Positions 1 through 12,700 of a stretch of 64,000 bases of DNA are shown here, one piece after another; the first letter of the stretch is position 1, and every line of letters starts with the position of its first letter. A program made the translations under genes and the position numbers. The notes beneath the pieces were generated by a model. It saw only the letters and a list, made by a program, of their open reading frames with translations, did no database searches and was not told the origin of the DNA. Origin of the DNA: Octopus sinensis (Eukaryota); contig NC_043004.1 in assembly GCF_006345805.1 (NCBI RefSeq), positions 55,056,001 through 55,120,000 on the forward strand, in the 5' to 3' direction.

Positions 1-299
1 ATAAATGAATTAATTACTATTTTACAGAATAAAATTAATGAATTAATTATATAAATTAAATAATTCTTGAAAATTAATTAATATTAATATTTTTTGAACA
101 AAGTAAATAATTTTTAAAACTTAAATAATAATTTTTTTTACACAAACGCGAACGGGGAAAAGGGGGTGGCGAATTCGATTTTTTTATTTTCGTTGAATGA
201 ATTGAATGAATAGAAAAAATGTATAATATATGTTGTACATACCTAAATTTTTTCTTTTTCATGACATTGTAGCAAAATAGTAGTGAATTATATAAATAC

Positions 300-1211
300 C
301 AGCAGTACATTTTTTTCTCTGGGGTATTTTTTTCAACCTTGTCACATATTTGCCCCTTTCAATTTAAACAAAGTCTTAATTAAGCAATTACGGCAGCTTA
401 GCAATGGTTTCAATACAGGCGTGACATCTGTATCTCAATTGTTCAAAACCCTTCGAATTTTTTCGCACGTGATGATATCATAGTGAAAACTTTCAATTAT
501 GCGCGCTTAGAAGTACGCTCGCAAATTAATACTACCAAAATTTTGAAGTTCGCGCTCCGCTTGTGTGTGTGTGTGTGTGCGTGCTTTAGGTGTACGTAGG
601 TATGTGTTTTTGTGTGTGTGTGTCACTGAAGCCATACATACATATATACATACATAACCTCTCTCTCTCTTTTCTCTCTCAGTCACTCACTACAAAAAGT
701 GAGTAAAAAAAGTTCAGTTATTTGTCTTTCACTCTCTCTGTCTCTTTACACACACTAACAAAAGCACTTCACTTACACACCACACTTTCTGTGTCGCACA
801 ACCCATCAAACACACACACACACACACTCACGCACGCACACATGTACATCAATGCTTTCGGAGTGAAATGTTAAAATATTGAGTTTTCTCGAATTTTGTC
901 TTAATTGGGGGTGAAATTGAAAGAAATTTTTTATGGCATGACCGAATGGAGTACTTTGAAAAATCTTAGGTAAACTCTAATTGAAGAAATTGTGTGAGGA
1001 GTAAATCGTTATGTATTTATTTGTTTCTGTTTGCTGTGTTTTTTATTTTTTTAGTAGTGGTTTAAGGTACACTTGCAAAGAGAAAGTGGGAGAAATTATG
1101 TTGATAGCATGAGTGATCCGTTTTATAGAAATAGTTTCAGTTTAATCGTTGCACACTTGCAAAGAGAAAGTCGTAGAAATGAGAGTGATAGCGTGAGTGA
1201 ATCAGATCGCT

Positions 1212-1242
<31 letters not shown>

Positions 1243-1470
1243 CGAGTGCTGTAAGCCACACTAAGAAAAGCATTTGACTCATACACCACAATGTGAGTTT
1301 TCTCTAAATTTAGCTTAATTGGGGTTGAAATTTTAAAAACTGGACCTGGCACGACCCGATGCATTCTACTCTTAAAAATGCTAGGTAAATTGTAATTGAA
1401 GAAATCCTATATTGTAGATTTCTATAAGATACAAAGGGAGGCAGATAAAATCTGCCTTTTATAATAAGAG
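300..1470 (+). mobile_element. Non-autonomous Helitron-like (HINE-type) element with internal duplications
   Basis: Diverged direct repeats (~880-1000 vs ~1294-1410; ~1066-1110 vs ~1150-1200), embedded (GT)n/(CA)n/(CT)n, and a terminal hairpin aggcagat-aaa-atctgcct at 1439-1457 followed by a T run. Confidence 0.4.
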
Positions 1471-1540
1471 ATATATATTATTTATATTATTATATGATTG
1501 AACGCCACGCATCCATTTCCAAGTAAGCTTGATATATATA

Positions 1541-1697
1541 TCATCATCATCATTATCATCATTTAGCGTCCGTTTTCCATGCTAGCATGGGTTGGACGGT
1601 TTAACTGGGGTCTGTGAAGCCGGAAGGCTTCATCAGGCCCAGTCAGATTTGGCAGTGTTTCTACGGCTGGATGCCCTTCCTAATGCCAACCACTCCA
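1541..1697 (-). mobile_element. RTE LINE 3' tail fragment
   Basis: Matches the 3' end of the full-length RTE at 9752-9910 (ggatgcccttcctaa.gccaaccactcc ... (GAT)n tail). Confidence 0.85.
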
Positions 1698-3135
1698 GCA
1701 TGCAAGCATGAAAAAGAAGGTTAGGAAGAAATGTTATAGAAGAGTTCAGGCAGTCCTGAAGTCTGAGCTGAATGCATATAATAAGGTGTTAGCCATAAAT
1801 TCCTTAGCAGTACCAGTTGTTCTTTATAGTTTCAATGTGCTTAACTGGAATACCAGTGAAATAACGAAAATTGACAGAAAAATCTGCAAGCTAATGACTT
1901 GTAATAAGATGCACCATCCAAAGGCAGACGTGGATCGCCTTTACCTTCCCAGAGCTCAGGGAGGTCGAGGTTTGATCCAGCTTGAACTTACATACAAAAC
2001 CACCACAATCGGACTGGCCAAATACCTTGAAGCAACCAACAATTGGATGCTAAAACTTGTTGAAAAACATGAAAGACCAAAAAAACTTCACTCTATTCTC
2101 AAAGAGAGCAAAAAATTCACTACTGATCTCTTAGATACCCACCAGATTGAGCAGGCTGAAGGAAATGTGCCAACTGCTGCTGCAAAGAAAAGTAAATTAA
2201 TTGCAAAAACAAAAGCGCATGAAAAATTAGCTAGCAGATGGGAACAGAAACCTCTGCATGGCAAGTATGTGGCCGGTAGCAAAAAAGCTGATGTCAATCA
2301 GAAACACACGCACCAATGGTTACGAAGCTCAGGGCTGAAAGCAGAGAGTGGGGGTTTCATATAAGCTGCTCAAGACCAAAGCTTACTAACCCGGAACTAC
2401 CAAGCCAATGTGATAAAAAAATGGAGCTGACCCAAAATGCCGATTCTGTAAAGATGAGATTGAAACTATAGACCACCTAATCTTAGGGTGTAGAGTCTTG
2501 TACCTGTAGAATATAAAGCAAGACATGACGGAGTCGGCCAGTATTTACATTGGACAATATGTCAGCATTATAAAATCAAAACCACTGACAAATGGTATAA
2601 ACACCATCCTGAAGCTGTGACTGAGGGAGAAAATGTGTCAAAACCGGATATTATTATGAAAGATCGGACAAAAAGATGTGTTTATTAATTGACATGAGTA
2701 TTCCTTGCGATCACAATATAGTGGCGAAAGAATTTGAGAAGATTAGTAAATATAAGGACTTGCTAATAGAAATTGAAAAATGTGGCATCTCAAGGCAACT
2801 ACAGTACCAGTGATTGTATGATCTCTAGGAATGATAAAAAAAATGTACTGAAACCTATTTGAAAATACTACCAGGCTTACCATCCCTACAGGAGGTGCAA
2901 AAAATCGTGTTAACTGGAACGACTCATGTACTGAGAAGAGCATTATCACTGTGAAAACAACATCCATTCATGTATTTATTAATTTATTAATTTCTAAATA
3001 CATATTTTACCTGTGAATTTGCGCGTGTAATCTGGGAATGCATACAATGAGCTTCTATGCCCTAGGTGTATGGAAAACACTCGGCGAGAAACGGAAAAAG
3101 ATTTGAAGAAAGAAGAAAAAAATAATAATAATAAT
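1698..3135 (+). mobile_element. 5'-truncated R4/Dong-like non-LTR retrotransposon (RT C-terminus, CCHC finger, restriction-like endonuclease)
   Basis: ORF 1708-2364 contains HHPKADVDRLYLPRAQGGRGL. Disrupted downstream frames read AAQDQSLLTRNY, CRFCKDEIETIDHLILGC (CCHC) and KPDIIMKD..LLIDMSIPCD..EFEKISKY (PD..D-type RLE). The 3' end abuts (AAT)n, the known Dong target type. Confidence 0.85.
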
Positions 3136-3345
3136 TTCTACTGGAAGCACAAGGTCTCAAATTTGTGCGGAGGAGACTAGTCGATTACATCACCCCTAGT
3201 GTTTCACTGGTACTTAATTTATCAACCCCGAAAGGATGAAAGGCAAAGCTGACCTCGGCAGAATTTGGACCTAGAACGTAGCAGCGAGTGAAATACCACT
3301 AAGCCATTTGTCCAGCATGCTAACGATTCTGCCAGCTTACCACCT
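3136..3345 (-). mobile_element. tRNA-derived SINE family B (Meta-domain-like core)
   Basis: On the minus strand: ggtaagctggcagaatcgttagc head, B box, and core gcctttcatcctttcggggttgataaattaagtaccag. A second copy lies at ~3450-3660 (-). Confidence 0.8.
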
Positions 3346-3653
3346 AAATAATAATAATAATGATAATAATAATAATCATCATCATCATCATCGTCGTCGT
3401 TTAGCGTCCGCTTTCCATGCTAGCATAATAATAATAATGATAATAATAATTCTTTCTATTAAAGGCACAAGGCTTGAAAATTTGGGGGAGGGGATCAGCT
3501 GATTACATCAACCCCAGTGTTCAACTGGTATTTTATTGACCCCGAAAGAATGAAAGGCAAAGTCAAGCTCAGCAGAATTTGAACTCAGAACGTAAAGAGG
3601 GCAAAATGCCACTAAGCATTTTGCCTGGCATGCTAACGATTCAGCCAGTTTGC

Positions 3654-3702
<49 letters not shown>

Positions 3703-3870
3703 TATTGAGAGCAAAACAAACAAATGCAATGATTGATGACATGTTATAGGGGAGAAGTCCTGCCTAGGCATGACAATAAGGATTTTAATCAAAATTGTGT
3801 ATATGTACACCATTGTTTCATCATCATTTTAACATTCCCTTTTTCATGCTTGCATGGGTTAGACTGTCTT

Positions 3871-3908
<38 letters not shown>

Positions 3909-4404
3909 TGTGCATGCATGCATGCATGCATGCATGCATGCACACATGTACATAATGTCAAGTTTACATTATGATCAGTCTAACACTCCTACCACTGTAC
4001 CCCTGCCTCCCATTACTAAACCTTATCATATTTCCTTTTATCACTCATCTATCAGCCATACCAATGCTACACATGTTCCTATCAGCCATGCCTTTGTCTG
4101 TTATCTATTACTCATGCCATTGTTACTCATGTCTTTATCATGCATCCACTTATCCTCCCTACCTCATATGCTCATATTTCTTACTACTCATTTCTCAATT
4201 ACACACTTCTCAAACTCAAAGCGCTACGTCGCTGCAGTAACGAAGGAATGGTAGAGGATTTCCTCAGTTCACCATATTGTGCTTTCAGTATAACTAAAGA
4301 AGCCACTGCACTTCTCTAACTCTCTCATCAACACTCCAGTTCCATCACGTATCCTCGCTGTCTCATCATGTCGAGATATTTGTTTAGAGGACCTTACTAG
4401 GTAT

Positions 4405-4795
4405 CTCTTTACTCTTTTACTTGTTTCAGTCATGTGACTGTGGCCATGCTGGAGCGCCGCCTTTAGTTGAGCAAATCGACCCCAGGACTTATTCTTTGTA
4501 AGCCTAGTACTTATTCTATCGGTCTGTTGTGCCAAACCACTAAGTTACAGGGACGTAAACACACCAGCATCAGTTGTCAAGCGATGTTGGGGGAACAAAC
4601 ACAGACATACACACACATACATATATATATACAACAGGCTTCTTTTCAGTTTCTGTCTACCAAATCCATTCAGAAAGCTTTGGTTGGCCCGAGGCTATAG
4701 TAGAAGATAATTGCCCAAGGTGCCACGCAATGGGACTGAACCTGGACCCATGTGGTTCGTAATCAAGCTACTTTCCACACAGCCCCTCCTACGCC
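4405..4795 (-). mobile_element. tRNA-derived SINE family A (CORE-like)
   Basis: A/B boxes (gtggctgtgtggtaag..gggttcagtccc), CORE-like caccttgggcaa, internal (TA)/(TG) tract and (gagtaaaa)n tail. Confidence 0.85.
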
Positions 4796-5663
4796 TATGC
4801 ATACATTTTACACACTATTTTATACACTATAAATTCTATCAGGCCATTTAGTGTTAACACTCATCATTTACCTTCACCATTTATCCATCTCCTGAAATAC
4901 ATAACACTGTCACCCTTAACCTCTCTAGTGCTGGTGTCATGGTGAAATGCATCTACTACACTTTGTAAAGTGGTTGGATTTAGGAAGGGCATCCAATAGG
5001 GGAAACCATGTTGAAATGAAATTTATGGGTGAGATGTTGCTCATCAACCCATCCAAGAGCATGACAACAATCTGTCCAATGCATGCAAACATAGAATGTA
5101 CATGCAAGATGATGATGAAGATAAATGTGGTGATGATGAGAAGGATGATCCCTATGGATGAGACATGTCTGACGACAAAAGAAAATAATAAAAAAATCTG
5201 TATTCATAATAAATGAAAATAGTCTGAGTCACAAAAGATGTTTTAATTTAACTTTTTTTTTTTCATTGTGAGTGTATATGTAACATACATGTACATACAC
5301 ACTTAATGGGAGTTGAATTGGACAGAGATTTAGTCTTGAAGATTTATTCTAGGATTGTCATTTCATCAGTAAAACAATCCAAACAGAGTATTTAATGCCA
5401 GTTTAGACAGAAGACAGAAAGCACTCATATTTTTTGAAGATGCTCCAGGATGACTGGTGGGTGGGTAGGTGGGGGAGTATAAAACTAAGAAGCGAAAATT
5501 TTATCCGTTGTCAGAAAACATTATTCACTGTCAGAAATTATGAGGATAACAGTTTGTTGGGTATGTTCTTAGCCCTTTTGTTAGCATATTTCTGGTGAAA
5601 CAGCTTCTGTTTCAATTAATTTTAAAAATAATAACTTTGTCGTTCTTAAGCTGGTGCTTCATA

Positions 5664-6185
5664 CATCATCATCATCGTTTAACGTCCGTTCTCCATGCTA
5701 GCATGGGTTGGACGGTTCGACTGGGGTCTGGGAAGCCAGAAGGCTGCACCAGGCTCCAGTCTGATCTGGCAGTGTTTCTACAGCTAGATGCCCTTCCTAA
5801 CGCCAACCACTCCGTGAGTGTAGTGGGTGCTTTTTACGTGCCACCTGCACAGGTGCCAGGCGAGGCTGGCAACGGCCACGGTCGGATTGGTGCATTTTAC
5901 GTGCCACCGGCACGGAAGCCAGTCGAGGCGGCGCTGGCATCGGCCACGATTTGGATAGTGCTTTTTACGTACCACCAGTCCAGGGGTCCTGGCATCTGCC
6001 GGGTGCCAGTCATAGGATTGGTTCAATTTCGATTCCAATTTCGATTTCAATTTCACTTGCCCCAACAGGTCTTCGCAAGCTGTCGTCAGATGAGGTTCAA
6101 TATCGACTTCGCTTGCCTCAACAGGTCTTTGTGTGTCCAAGGGAGGAAAGGCATGCATAAGTGGGCTGGACTCACTTGTCCTGCC
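5664..6185 (-). mobile_element. RTE 3' UTR/tail copy
   Basis: Same tail as the full-length RTE, with three internal gtgcttttacgtgccacc-type units. Confidence 0.85.
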
Positions 6186-6559
6186 TGAACATAAATTAAC
6201 ATTTTGATAGGAGGTTCTAAATGAGTTAACGTTAAAACAGGAAGTATTCTTCATAGAACCAGGCCTCAGTCAGGTTAGTATCAAAAGGGTTAATTCTAGC
6301 TTAGCTAGACGAGGACAGGAAATATATAATTTTTTAGAAGGGCTTTCAGGACTATTGGAAGAAAAGGAATTAAACAAGAAAAAAAAATTATTTGTGGATT
6401 ATATTCACTGTCAGAAAGTTCAAAGATTAGTTAGGGATGTTCTTAAATGAGTGAAATGACTCTTCCTCCACAAATCAAATCACTTGCAAAACAAGTAACT
6501 AGCCCAGAAAAGTATATACAATCAAATGCATATAAAAAGCAGTGTATATGTGTGGTGTG

Positions 6560-6985
6560 TTAATCACTACAATTAATCTACAATGTTTGTTGTTAACACA
6601 ATGTTTCGGTTGATATACCCTCCAGCCTTCATCAGGTGTCTTGGGGGAAATTTCAAACCTGGGTTCTCATTCCTAAGGTATTGTTCGATATTATTATTAT
6701 TATTAATATGATTATTATTATTATTATGATTATTAAGATTATTATTATTATGATTATGATTATGATTATTATGATTATTATAATTATTAATATGATTATT
6801 ATTATTATTATTATTATTAAGATTATTATTATTATGATTATGATTATTATGATTATGATTATTATTATTATTATTATGATTATTATTATTATTATAATTA
6901 TTATTATGATTATTATTATTATGATTATTATGATTATTATTATTATTATTATTATTAATATTATTATTATTATTCAGGTCACTGA
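6560..6985 (-). mobile_element. Hammerhead-containing SINE-like element (head truncated, expanded (AAT/ATG)n linker)
   Basis: Reverse-complement match to 7185-7447, including gacac-CTGATGA-aggctg..caacc-GAAAC at 6595-6640 and a ~285-bp trinucleotide linker. Confidence 0.7.
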
Positions 6986-7184
6986 TTGAAATCCCTGTGG
7001 GATGAAGTTAAAATAATAGACACCACTGGAAAATATGAAAATTAAAAGAAGTAGCATATATGCTAGGTCACAACAACCTCCAAGGCAGACCAAGTTACTC
7101 ATGTAACATATGGGAACTGGTATTAAGGAAGGATAGGCAAATATTAGATTTATAAGCCCTAAAATTCACTCCATAATTGCCCGT

Positions 7185-7447
7185 GGGCATATGGCATAGT
7201 GGTTAAGAGCGCAGGCTCCTAATCCCAAGATTCTAAGTTTGATTCCAAGCAGTGACCTGAATAATAATAATAATATCAGAAAATACCTTAGGAATGAGAA
7301 CCCAGGTTCAAAATTTCCCCAAGACACCTGATGAAGGCTGGAGGGTATATCAGCCGAAACATTGTGTTATCAACAAACAAGATGAGGACAAATATCCATC
7401 AAATGTAAATAATGTACATAATTCTTCATCTCTTAAATATAAAACTG
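7185..7447 (+). mobile_element. tRNA-headed SINE-like element carrying a minimal hammerhead motif
   Basis: A box TGGCATAGTGG at 7192-7202, B box GTTTGATTCC at 7237-7246, (AAT)n linker, then hammerhead core at 7323-7368. Confidence 0.75.
7323..7368 (+). ncRNA. Minimal type-I hammerhead ribozyme motif (stem III degenerate in this copy)
   Basis: gacac | CTGATGA a | ggctg-gagggtatat-cagcc | GAAA c att | gtgtt. Stem I gacac/gtgtt and stem II (5 bp) are present. The palindromic ACGT stem III expected for dimeric hammerheads reads ACAT. Confidence 0.65.
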
Positions 7448-8339
7448 TAAGATTGCCTATGCCTGCTATAAATAAACCATGCTTCACAATTCCTGCTTTG
7501 CCTGCTTCATGCTCTTGCTTGATAGGGCTGGGGTCATCCCACATTCATAGTCTCATCATGTGTAGTACCAGCCAGGTCCATCAGTGCTCTCCATCGCTGG
7601 CAGTCCCATGTAAGCCTCTCTGCATCTATCAGTGACAATTCAATTTTTAAGGTGGCAAGCTGGCAGAACTATTAGCATACCAGGCAAAATGTTTAGTCGC
7701 ATTTCGTCCATCTTTAGCTCAAATTCTGGAGGTCAACTCTGTCTTTCATCTTTTTAGGATCGATAAAATAAGTACCAGTTGAGCAGTACCAGTGGTTCTC
7801 AACCGGAATCCATATGGCTCTTGGGGTTCCATATAGGATTTTGTTGTTAATATCTATGTGCAATAAACTGGTTATGTCACTACAATACATAAAATATTTA
7901 AACATTTTAAATTCAATTCCTAATAATATTTAATAAAAAAAATATAATAGGAGTTACTAGATATTGAACAGCTAAGAGGATCCTCCATTCCCCGGGTAAA
8001 ATAGGAATCAAAGGAATTCATAGGCAAAAATGGCTGAGAACCACTGGACTAGAACCTCCTACCAAATTTTAGGCGTTATGCCTACAGTATAAAGGGTTAT
8101 TATACATTCAATTATATTAAATCAAGGTTTAAATTTATATATCTTTATATTGTTGTTTAGATCAAATTTACTGTCACTTGAAATTTTGCCTATCAATTCA
8201 TTCAACAAACCAATAGGTGACTAGGCAAAATCTGAATGTTCCATTCTACATGGTATTCACAATAAATTTTATTCTACTCACAGTATACAAATCACCCTCT
8301 TTGTAAATGTTTCATGGTAATTCATAAAATTGTTTTTCA

Positions 8340-8507
8340 AAAACAGTGGCTGTTTGGTAAGTAGCTTGCTAACCAACCACATAGTTCCGGGTTCAGTCCC
8401 ACTGCGTGGCACCTTGGGCAAGTGTCTTCTGCTATAGCCCCGGGCTGACCAGAGCCTTGTGAGTGGATTTGGTAGACGGAAACTGAAAGAAGCCTGTCGT
8501 ATATTTG

Positions 8508-8542
<35 letters not shown>

Positions 8543-8760
8543 TTGTGTGTCTGTGTTTGTCCCCCTAGCATTGCTTGACAACCAGTGCTGGTGTATTTAC
8601 GTCCCCGTCACTTAGCAGTTCGGCAAAATAGACTGATAGAATAAGTACTGGGCTTAGAAAGAATAATTCCCGGGGTTGATTTGCTCGACTAAAGGCGGTG
8701 CTCCAGCATGGCTGCAGTCAAATGACTGAAACAAGTAAAAGAGTAAAAGAATAAAAGAGT
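8340..8760 (+). mobile_element. SINE family A (CORE-like)
   Basis: Full head, core and tail match to the other family A copies. Confidence 0.85.
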
Positions 8761-9159
8761 ATCTATATTATAGTCTATATATAAAATGCTTATGAGAAAA
8801 AGGGTGAATCCCGAAAAGAATTAATTTCTACTTAAGTGCTAGCAACCACCTATGTCTAAATAAACACAAACGTGTACTGTTATACAAAATCAGGCAGAAT
8901 TTCTTTTGTATACAATACACATGTAGTGAAGCAAATATGCGTACAAGTCAAAACAGGAACCCATGCACATATTCCTGCATATATGCATCAAACAGATTGC
9001 AGCAATCTCGTGTTACAGCACCAACATCAGCCTGCTATTAACAGCTGTTTAATTTTGCAGCTGCTACCATTGCAAGGAAACAATCATCCAGACAGACACA
9101 TATGCAGCTTATATACATATGTGTAACAGTAAGTACACAAGTGTACAGAGGTGGGTCGG

Positions 9160-9715
9160 TATGAACGTGTGTGTATATAGATAGAGACATAGACATATCA
9201 AAATAAATATATATCTATATATATATCTATAAATATATATAAATAAATATAAACATATAAATATACGTATGGATATTTGCAAATACTCACATATATATAT
9301 ACATATATAACTATACATATAAGTACACATATATAAATATACATGTATATATGTATATATACATATAATTATACGTGTATAAATATACATATAATACACA
9401 TATATAAATATATACATAAATATACATATAAATGTATGCATATATATAAATACATAGATAGATATACATATAAATATATGCATATATAAATATTTAAATA
9501 AATAAATATACGTACGTATAAATATATAAATATACATAAAAATATATACATATATAATAAATATATATATACGTATAATAAATATAATATATACATATAA
9601 TATATACATACATATATATATATATGTATTTATATATATATATATATTATATACATATATATAAATATATATATACATATATATATAATATATTCCATCA
9701 TATATATATTATGTA

Positions 9716-9750
<35 letters not shown>
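9160..9750. repeat. Degenerate (TA)/(TACA) microsatellite tract
   Basis: Seen directly. Similar tracts occur at 13490-14350, 16480-17390, 31290-31540, 46730-46885 and 52700-53360. Confidence 0.95.
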
Positions 9751-9751
<1 letters not shown>

Positions 9752-9752
<1 letters not shown>

Positions 9753-12700
9753 CATCATCATCATCATCATCGTTTAACGTCCGTTTTCCGCGCTAGCACG
9801 GGTTGGACGGTTCGACCGGGGTCTGGGAAGCCAGGGGCCGCTCCAGGCTCCAGTCTGATTGGCAGAGTTTCTACGGCTGGATGCCCTTCCTAACGCCAAC
9901 CACTCCGTGAGTGGATTGGGTGCTTTTTACGTGCCACCTGCACAGGGGCCGGGGGTCCGGCATCGGTCACGATCGGTTCGAGCTTTTAACGTGCCAGCGG
10001 CACGGGGGCAACTGGGTCCAGGGTACATTGGGGATCCGGGGTATTTGAATGGGTAGGGGGTATGTGGAATTGCTGCAGAAAGCAGCCCGGGTCTTTGCAG
10101 TCACAGCATATCTCCAGAGATCTCGGTCCTTCGCCATTGCCTCAGTGAGGCCCAATGCTCTGAGGTCATGCTTGACTACCTCATCCCATGTCTTCCTGGG
10201 TCTACCTCTCCCCCTGATACCTTCAACTGTTTGGGAGTGGCACTTCTTCACACATCTCTCTTCATCCATCCGCAGCACATGACCATACCATCGCAAGCGT
10301 CGCTCTTGCACACCACATCTGATGCTTCTTATATCCAGCATTTCTCTCAGGATGCTTACACTCTGTCTTGCGTGCACACTGACACTACACATCCAGCGGA
10401 TCATGCTAGCTTCATTTCTTTCAAGTCTACGCATGTCCTCTGCAGTCACAGCCCATGTTTCATTACCGTGAAGCATGGCAGTTCGCACACATGCATCATA
10501 CAATCTACCTTCGCTCTGAGGGAGAGACCTTTTGTTGCCAGTAGGGGTAGGAGCTTTCTGAACTTTGCCCAGGCTATTCGTATTCTAGTGGTGATACTCT
10601 CTGTGCATCCACCTCCGCTACTAACTTGGTCACCCAGGTAGCGGAAACTATCAACTACTTCTAGTTTCTCTCCCTGGAGTGTGATGGAATCTGTTTTCTG
10701 AGTGTCTGTTGTGTCTATTGTCCCTGTGCATCTGCCGCACATGAAAGCTATCTTATCTGTTAATTTCCCTTTAATGTTGCTGCACCTCTTATGTGTCCAT
10801 AACTTACATTGGGTGCATCTTATGGAGTTTCTACCTGTACCTTTCCTACAGATTGAGCAGGGCCACCTACCCGAGGGGGTGTGTGCTGAGTACCTCTTGC
10901 TGCTTACTAATACTTTGGTCTTTGCTACATTTATTCTAAGGCCCTTTGATTCCAACCCTTGCTTCCACACCCGAAATTTCTCTTCTAGTTCCGGTAGTGA
11001 TTCTGCTATGAGAGCTAGGTCATCGGCATAGAGGAGCTCCCAGGGGCATCCCGTTTTGAATTCCTCTGTTATTGCCTGAAGGACTATGATGAATAAAAGG
11101 GGACTGAGGGCTGAGCCCTGGTGCACACCTACTTCTACCCGGAATTCTTCACTATATTCGTTGCCAATCCTAACCTTGCTGACAGCCTCTCTGTATAGAG
11201 CCTGTACAGCCCTTATTAGCCATTCTTCAATCTCCAGTTTCCGCATCGACCACCAGATAGGGAACGGGAACCCTGTCAAAGGCTTTCTCCAAGTCTACAA
11301 AAGCTATGTAGAGGGGTTTATCTTTAGCTAGGTACTTCTCCTGCAGTTGTCGGACCAGGAATATAGCATCAGTGGTGCTTCTACCTGGTACAAAACCGAA
11401 CTGCATTTCATCTAAACAAATTCTCTCCCTAATGAGATGGGTTATGACCTTCTCTGAGACCTTCATCACCTGGTCCAACAGTTTGATACCTCTGTAGTTA
11501 TTTCTATCTAGAGCATCACCCTTACCCTTGTAGCAGTTGACTATGGTGCTGCTGCACCAGTCATTGGGTATGACTCCATTGTGAACTACCTGGTTTACAA
11601 TGCGGGTGACTATGGTATAGCCCACATAGCCAGCTGTTTTAAGCATCTCAGCAGTGATTCCTGATAGGCCAGGGGCTTTGCCTGGTTTCATATCCTTAAT
11701 TGCCTTATCTACAAGGGAGCTGTCTATTCGGGTAGCTGGTCCCTCTACTGGGTCAACATTTGGCAGGCTCTCCTCCTCCCATTCATTCTCCTCATTCAGC
11801 AGTCTTTCATAATGGCTTCTCCAAGCCTCTTTCTTTTCACTAGCAGTAAAAGCAAGTGCCCCATCATCCATGCGGACACATTTCTCTCCTATAACATCAC
11901 TATTTTCTCTGACACACTGTCTGGCAATCCGAAATACTTCAGCTCTTTGATCCTCGCGTCGCTGGACATTGGCAAACTTCTTCTTTTCTGCTACATCTTT
12001 GGCTATGTATACCTGCCGCCCAGCCTCCCTTTTGGCTATCTGGTACAGTTCCCTGCTGCCCCCATCCTTCCAGGCTTTCCAGGCCCGTCTCTTTTTACAG
12101 ATGGCTTTATCTACTGCACTATTCCACCACCACGTAATTCTAGGTCTGGAAGGGACTTTGCACCATCCACAGACTCGGTCTGTGGCACTCAGCAAGCTGT
12201 CCCGTAGGAATTCCCAGCTACCTTCTATGTCTGACGTCTGAAGCTCCTCCTCCCTCTCATCAAATTTCTTGATGAGTATGTCCCTAAATTTCTGACCATG
12301 TGAAGGGTTCTTTAGCCTCCAAATCCTTCTTTTCTGGATTGGTTTGTTTCTTGGAGTCCTTCTGGCCTCAAGCTTAAAGTCACTGATGATTAGTCTATGC
12401 TGAGGGATACATTCTTCACCCGGGAGGGTCTTTGTATTCAAGAGCAACCCTGCATCCCGCTGTCTGGTGAGGATGAAGTCTATTTGGCTAGCGGAGTCTC
12501 CTGACTGATAAGTTATAAGGTGGCAGACTGGCTTCTTGAAGTTAGTGTTGCAGATTGAAAGGTTACATGCATCACAGAATTCCAGCAGTCTAGTTCCCTC
12601 ATCATTTCTGGTGCCAATACCATAGCCACCATGTACCCCAGTGAAGATACCCATTCCCGCCCAACATGCCCATTAAAATCTCCACCTACAAAGATGAGGT

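Noticed and set aside
6636-6989. Poly-Ile/Met 117-aa ORF
   Set aside because: Translation of the (ATT/ATG)n linker of the hammerhead element.
7185-7260. Functional tRNA gene (likewise the heads at 22254, 38298 and of SINE families A and B)
   Set aside because: A/B boxes are present but there is no complete cloverleaf or T-run terminator, and each continues into a SINE body.
9061-9128. Plus-strand candidate exon (ttttgcag|...ACA|gtaagt) and a nearby minus-strand ADVGAVTRDCCNLFD frame
   Set aside because: No recognisable homology and no compatible neighbouring exons; splice-like signals alone are insufficient.
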